Source of the DNA: Eledone cirrhosa
Taxonomy: Eukaryota
NCBI GenBank assembly: GCA_964016885.1
Contig: OZ024741.1
Coordinates: 397,110,001-397,174,000, forward strand
Direction: 5' to 3'
Length of the DNA stretch: 64,000 nt
Shown: one piece after another, positions 57,901-64,000 of the stretch
Layout of the letters: each line of letters opens with the position of its first letter
How positions within the stretch are numbered: the first letter of the stretch is position 1
The notes under the pieces: model-generated
The model's database searches: none
What the model saw: only the letters and a program-made list of their open reading frames with translations
Told to the model about the DNA's origin: nothing
Made by a program: the position numbers and the translations under genes

Positions 57901-60900
57901 ATGTAACTGACCGTGGTCATTAGAGCACTTTGGCTGCCTCATGTGTCTCAAGACATAGATGTAACTGACCGTGGTCATTGGAGCACTTTGGCTGCCTCAT
58001 GTGTCTCAAGACATAGATATAACTGACGTGGTCATTGGAGCACTTTGGCTGCCACATGTATCTCAAGACATAGATGTGACTGACTGTGGTCATTGGAGCA
58101 CTTTGGCTGCCTCATGTGTCTCAAGACATAGATATAACTGACGTGGTCATTGGAGCACTTTGGCTGCCTCATGTGTCTCAAGACATAGATGTAACTGACC
58201 GTGGTCATTAGAGCACTTTGGCTGCCTCATGTGTCTCAAGACATAGATGTAACTGACCGTGGTCATTAGAGCACTTTGGCTGCCTCATGTGTCTCAAGAC
58301 ATAGATGTAACTGACCGTGGTCATTAGAGCACTTTGGCTGCCTCATGTGTCTCAAGACATAGATGTAACTGACCGTGGTCATTGGAGCACTTTGGCTGCC
58401 TCATGTGTCTCAAGACATAGATATAACTGACGTTGTCATTGGAGCACTTTGGCTGCCTCTGTGTCTCAAGACATAGATGTAACTGACTGTGGTCATTGGA
58501 GCACTTTGGCTGCCTCATGTGTCTCAAGACATAGATGTAACTGACCGTGGTCATTGGAGCACTTTGGCTGCCTCATGTGTCTCAAGACATAGATATAACT
58601 GACGTTGTCATTGAAGCACTTTGGCTGCCTCATGTGTCTCAAGACATAGATGTAACTGACCGTGGTCATTGGAGCACTTTGGCTGCCTCATGTGTCTCAA
58701 GACATAGATGTAACTGACCGTGGTCATTAGAGCACTTTGGCTGCCTCATGTGTCTCAAGACATAGATGTAACTGACTGTGGTCATTGGAGCACTTTGGCT
58801 GCCTCATGTGTCTCAAGACATAGATGTAACTAACCGTGGTCATTAGAGCACTTTGGCTGCCTCATGTGTCTCAAGACATAGATGTAACTGACGTGGTCAT
58901 TGGAGCACTTTGGCTGCCTCATGTGTCTCAAGACATAGATGTAACTGACCGTGGTCATTGGAGCACTTTGGCTGCCTCATGTGTCTCAAGACATAGATGT
59001 AACTGACCGTGGTCATTAGAGCACTTTGGCTGCCTCATGTGTCTCAAGACATAGATGTAACTGACGTGGTCATTGGATCACTTTGGCTGCCTCATGTGTC
59101 TCAAGACATAGATGTAACTGACAGTGGTCATTGGAGCACTTTGGCTGCCTCATGTGTCTCAAGACATAGATGTAACTGACCGTGGTCATTGGAGCACTTT
59201 GGCTGCCTCATGTGTCTCAAGACATAGATGTAACTGACCGTGGTCATTAGAGCACTTTGGCTGCCTCATGTATCTCAAGACATAGATGTAACTGACGTGG
59301 TCATTGGAGCACTTTGGCTGCCTCATGTGTCTCAAGACATAGATGTATCTGACAGTGGTCATTGGAGCACTTTGGCTGCTCCATGTGTCTCAAGACATAG
59401 ATGTAACTGACGTGGTCATTAGAGCACTTTGGCTGCCTCATGTGTCTCAAGACAGATGTAACTGACCGTGGTCATTAGAGCACTTTGGCTGCCTCATGTG
59501 TCTCAAGACATAGATGTAACTGACCGTGGTCATTGGAGCACTTTGGCTGCCTCATGTGTCTCAAGACATAGATATAACTGACGTGGTCATTGGAGCACTT
59601 TGGCTGCCTCATGTGTCTCAAGACATAGATGTAACTGACTGTGGTCATTGGAGCACTTTGGCTGCCTCATGTGTCTCAAGACATAGATGTAAATGACCGT
59701 GGTCATTGGAGCACTTTGGCTGCCTCATGTGTCTCAAGACATAGATGTAACTGACCGTGGTCATTAGAGCACTTTGGCTGCCTCATGTGTCTCAAGACAT
59801 AGATGTAACTGACCGTGGTCTTTGGAGCACTTTGGCTGCCTCATGTGTCTCAAGACATAGATATAACTGACGTGGTCATTGGAGCACTTTGGCTGCCTCA
59901 TGTGTCTCAAGACATAGATGTAACTGACCGTGGTCATTGGAGCACTTTGGCTGCCTCATGTGTCTCAAGACATAGATATAACTGACGTTGTCATTGAAGC
60001 ACTTTGGCTACCTCATGTGTCTCAAGACATAGATGTAACTGACCGTGGTCATTGGAGCACTTTGGCTGCCTCATGTGTCTCAAGACATAGATGTAACTGA
60101 CCGTGGTCATTAGAGCACTTTGGCTGCCTCATGTGTCTCAAGACATAGATGTAACTGACCGTGGTCATTGGAGCACTTTGGCTGCCTCATGTGTCTCAAG
60201 ACATAGATGTAACTGACCGTGGTCATTGGAGCACTTTGGCTGCCTCATGTGTCTCAAGACATAGATGTAACTGACCGTGGTCATTGGAGCACTTTGGCTG
60301 CCTCATGTGTCTCAAGACATAGATGTAACTGACCGTGGTCATTGGAGCACTTTGGCTGCCTCATGTGTCTCAAGACATAGATGTAACTGACCGTGGTCAT
60401 TGGAGCACTTTGGCTGCCTCATGTGTCTCAAGACATAGATATAACTGACGTTGTCATTGAAGCACTTTGGCTGCCTCATGTGTCTCAAGACATAGATGTA
60501 ACTGACCGTGGTCATTGGAGCACTTTGGCTGCCTCATGTGTCTCAAGACATAGATGTAACTGACCGTGGTCATTGAAGCACTTTGGCTGCCTCATGTGTC
60601 TCAAGACATAGATGTAACTGACCGTGGTCATTGGAGCACTTTGGCTGCCTCATGTGTCTCAAGACATAGATATAACTTACGTTGTCATTGAAGCACTTTG
60701 GCTGCCTCATGTGTCTCAAGACATAGATGTAACTGACCGTGGTCATTGGAGCACTTTGGCTGCCTCGTGTGTCTCAAGACATAGATGTAACTGACGTGGT
60801 CATTGGAGCACTTTGGCTGCCTCATGTGTCTCAAGACATAGATGTAACTGACTGTGGTCATTGGAGCACTTTGGCTGCCTCATGTGTCTCAAGACATAGA

Positions 60901-63900
60901 TGTAACTGACCCTGGTCATTAGAGCACTTTGGCTGCCTCGTGTGTCTCAAGACATAGATGTAACTGACGTGGTCATTGGATCACTTTGGCTGCCTCATGT
61001 GTCTCAAGACATAGATGTAACTGACAGTGGTCATTGGAGCACTTTGGCTGCCTCATGTGTCTCAAGACATAGATGTAACTGACCGTGGTCATTGGAGCAC
61101 TTTGGCTGCCTCATGTGTCTCAAGACATAGATGTAACTGACCGTGGTCATTAGAGCACTTTGGCTGCCTCATGTGTCTCAAGACATAGATGTAACTGACG
61201 TGGTTTGGAGCACTTTGGCTGCCTCATGTGTCTCAAGACATAGATGTAACTGACCGTGGTCATTAGAGCACTTTGGCTGCCTCATGTGTCTCAAGACATA
61301 GATGTAACTGACCGTGGTCATTGGAGCACTTTGGCTGCTCCATGTGTCTCAAGACATAGATGTAACTGACCGTGGTCATTAGAGCACTTTGGCTGCCTCA
61401 TGTGCCTCAAGACATAAATGTAACTGACCGTGGTCATTAGAGCACTTTGGCTGCCTCATGTGTCTCAAGACATAGATGTAACTGACCGTGGTCATTGGAG
61501 CACTTTGGCTGCCTCATGTGTCTCAAGACATAGATATAACTGACGTGGTCATTGGAGCACTTTGGCTGCCTCATGTGTCTCAAGACATAGATGTAACTGA
61601 CTGTGGTCATTGGAGCACTTTGTCTGCCTCATGTGTCTCAAGACATAGATGTAAATGACCGTGGTCATTGGAGCACTTTGGCTGCCTCATGTGTCTCAAG
61701 ACATAGATGTAACTGACCGTGGTCATTAGAGCACTTTGGCTGCCTCATGTGTCTCAAGACATATATGTAACTGACCGTGGTCATTGGAGCACTTTGGCTG
61801 CCTCATGTGTCTCAAGACATAGATATAACTGACGTGGTCATTGGAGCACTTTGGCTGCCTCATGTGTCTCAAGACATAGATGTAACTGACTGTGGTCATT
61901 GGAACACTTTGGCTGCCTCATGTGTCTCAAGACATAGATGTAACTGACCGTGGTCATTGGAGCACTTTGGCTGCCTCATGTGTCTCAAGACATAGATATA
62001 ACTGACGTGGTCATTGGAGCACTTTGGCTGCCTCGTGTGTCTCAAGACATAGATGTAACTGACCGTGGTCATTAGAGCACTTTGGCTGCCTCATGTGTCT
62101 CAAGACATAGATGTAACTGACCGTGGTCATTAGAGCACTTTGGCTGCCTCATGTGTCTTAAGACATAGATGTAACTGACGTGGTCATTGGATCACTTTGG
62201 CTGCCTCATGTGTCTCAAGACATAGATTTAACTGACAGTGGTCATTGGAGCACTTTGGCTGCCTCATGTGTCTCAAGACATAGATATAACTGACCGTGGT
62301 CATTAGAGCACTTTGGCTGCCTCATGTGTCTCAAGACATAGATGTAACTGACCGTGGTCATTGGAGCACTTTGGCTGCCTCATGTGTCTCAAGACATAGA
62401 TGTAACTGACCGTGGTCATTGGAACACTTTGGCTGCCTCATGTGTCTCAAGACATAGATGTCACTGACCGTGGTCATTAGAGCACTTTGGCTGCCTCATG
62501 TGTCTCAAGACATAGATGTAACTGACCGTGGTCATTGGAGCACTTTGGCTGCCTCATGTGTCTCAAGACATAGATGTAACTGACCGTGGTCATTGGAGCA
62601 CTTTGGCTGCCTCATGTGTCTCAAGACATAGATGTAACTGACCGTGGTCATTAGAGCACTTTGGCTGCCTCATGTATCTCAAGACATAGATGTAACTGAC
62701 GTGGTCATTGGAGCACTTTGGCTGCCTCATGTGTCTCAAGACATAGATGTAACTGACCGTGGTCATTGGAGCACTTTGGCTGCCTCATGTGTCTCAAGAC
62801 ATAGATGTAACTGACCGTGGTCATTGGAGCACTTTGGCTGCTTCATGTGTCTCAAGACATAGATATAACTGACGTTGTCATTGAAGCACTTTGGCTGCCT
62901 CATGTGTCTCAAGACATAGATGTAACTGACCGTGGACATTGGAGCACTTTGGCTGCCTCATGTGTCTCAAGACATAGATGTAACTGACCGTGGTCATTGA
63001 AGCACTTTGGCTGCCTCATGTGTCTCAAGACATAGATGTAACTGACCGTGGTCATTGGAGCACTTTGGCTGCCTCATGTGTCTCAAGACATAGATATAAC
63101 TTACGTTGTCATTGAAGCACTTTGGCTGCCTCATGTGTCTCAAGACATAGATGTAACTGACCGTGGTCATTGGAGCACTTTGGCTGCCTCATGTGTCTCA
63201 AGACATAGATGTAACTGACGTGGTCATTGGAGCACTTTGGCTGCCTCATGTGTCTCAAGACATAGATGTAACTGACTGTGGTCATTGGAGCACTTTGGCT
63301 GCCTCATGTGTCTCAAGACATAGATGTAACTGACCCTGGTCATTAGAGCACTTTGGCTGCCTCGTGTGTCTCAAGACATAGATGTAACTGACGTGGTCAT
63401 TGGAGCACTTTGGCTGCCTCATGTGTCTCAAGACATAGATGTAACTGACAGTGGTCATTGGAGCACTTTGGCTGCCTCATGTGTCTCAAGACATAGATGT
63501 AACTGACCGTGGTCATTGGAGCACTTTGGCTGCCTCATGTGTCTCAAGACATAGATGTAACTGACCGTGGTCATTAGAGCACTTTGGCTGCCTCATGTGT
63601 CTCAAGACATAGATGTAACTGACGTGGTTTGGAGCACTTTGGCTGCCTCATGTGTCTCAAGACATAGATGTAACTGACCGTGGTCATTAGAGCACTTTGG
63701 CTGCCTCATGTGTCTCAAGACATAGATGTAACTGACCGTGGTCATTGGAGCACTTTGGCTGCTCCATGTGTCTCAAGACATAGATGTAACTGACCGTGGT
63801 CATTAGAGCACTTTGGCTGCCTCATGTGCCTCAAGACATAAATGTAACTGACCGTGGTCATTAGAGCACTTTGGCTGCCTCATGTGTCTCAAGACATAGA

Positions 63901-64000
63901 TGTAACTGACCGTGGTCATTGGAGCACTTTGGCTGCCTCATGTGTCTCAAGACATAGATATAACTGACGTGGTCATTGGAGCACTTTGGCTGCCTCATGT
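21961..64000. repeat. 58-bp satellite array, at least 42 kb, about 725-730 monomers, running off the window end
   Basis: Consensus ATAGATGTAACTGACCGTGGTCATTGGAGCACTTTGGCTGCCTCATGTGTCTCAAGAC. Monomers mostly differ by 0-3 changes; 57-bp (TGACGTGG) variants are common; one orientation; no insertions seen. Confidence 0.99.

Noticed and set aside
25283-58554. ORFs with LRHMRQPKC..H resembling C2H2 zinc fingers
   Set aside because: The 58-bp period is not a multiple of 3, stops recur, and there is no CxxC...HxxxH spacing. The ORFs arise only where 57-bp variants cluster.
21961-64000. Satellite as a CRISPR array
   Set aside because: No unique spacers, contiguous monomers, no cas genes, eukaryotic context.
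21961-64000. Satellite monomer as a hammerhead-bearing repeat
   Set aside because: No CTGANGA or GAAA core on either strand of the consensus.

Overview
Eukaryotic, gene-poor, repeat-dense DNA. The SINE family and microsatellite load recall octopus/cephalopod genomes (inference from memory, not verified). No intact host gene was found. Bases 1-21960 are a mosaic of microsatellites and decayed mobile elements: tRNA-derived SINEs, two Tx1/L1-clade LINE copies, an RTE 3' end, an R2-superfamily (R4/Dong-like) endonuclease fragment inside a (TATG)n tract, a Penelope-like GIY-YIG fragment, three non-autonomous Helitrons, and a mariner relic split by two nested Helitrons. Bases 21961-64000 are one uninterrupted 58-bp satellite (about 725-730 monomers) with multi-level higher-order structure. 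The most notable signal is a set of type I hammerhead ribozymes read from the sequence. Two lie in consecutive units of a near-identical 628-bp tandem repeat (13129-14566), the layout expected of a non-LTR retrozyme that makes a ~628-nt circular RNA. Others lie at 16358-16428 and 19111-19159, plus degenerate relics. All folds and alignments were done by eye.
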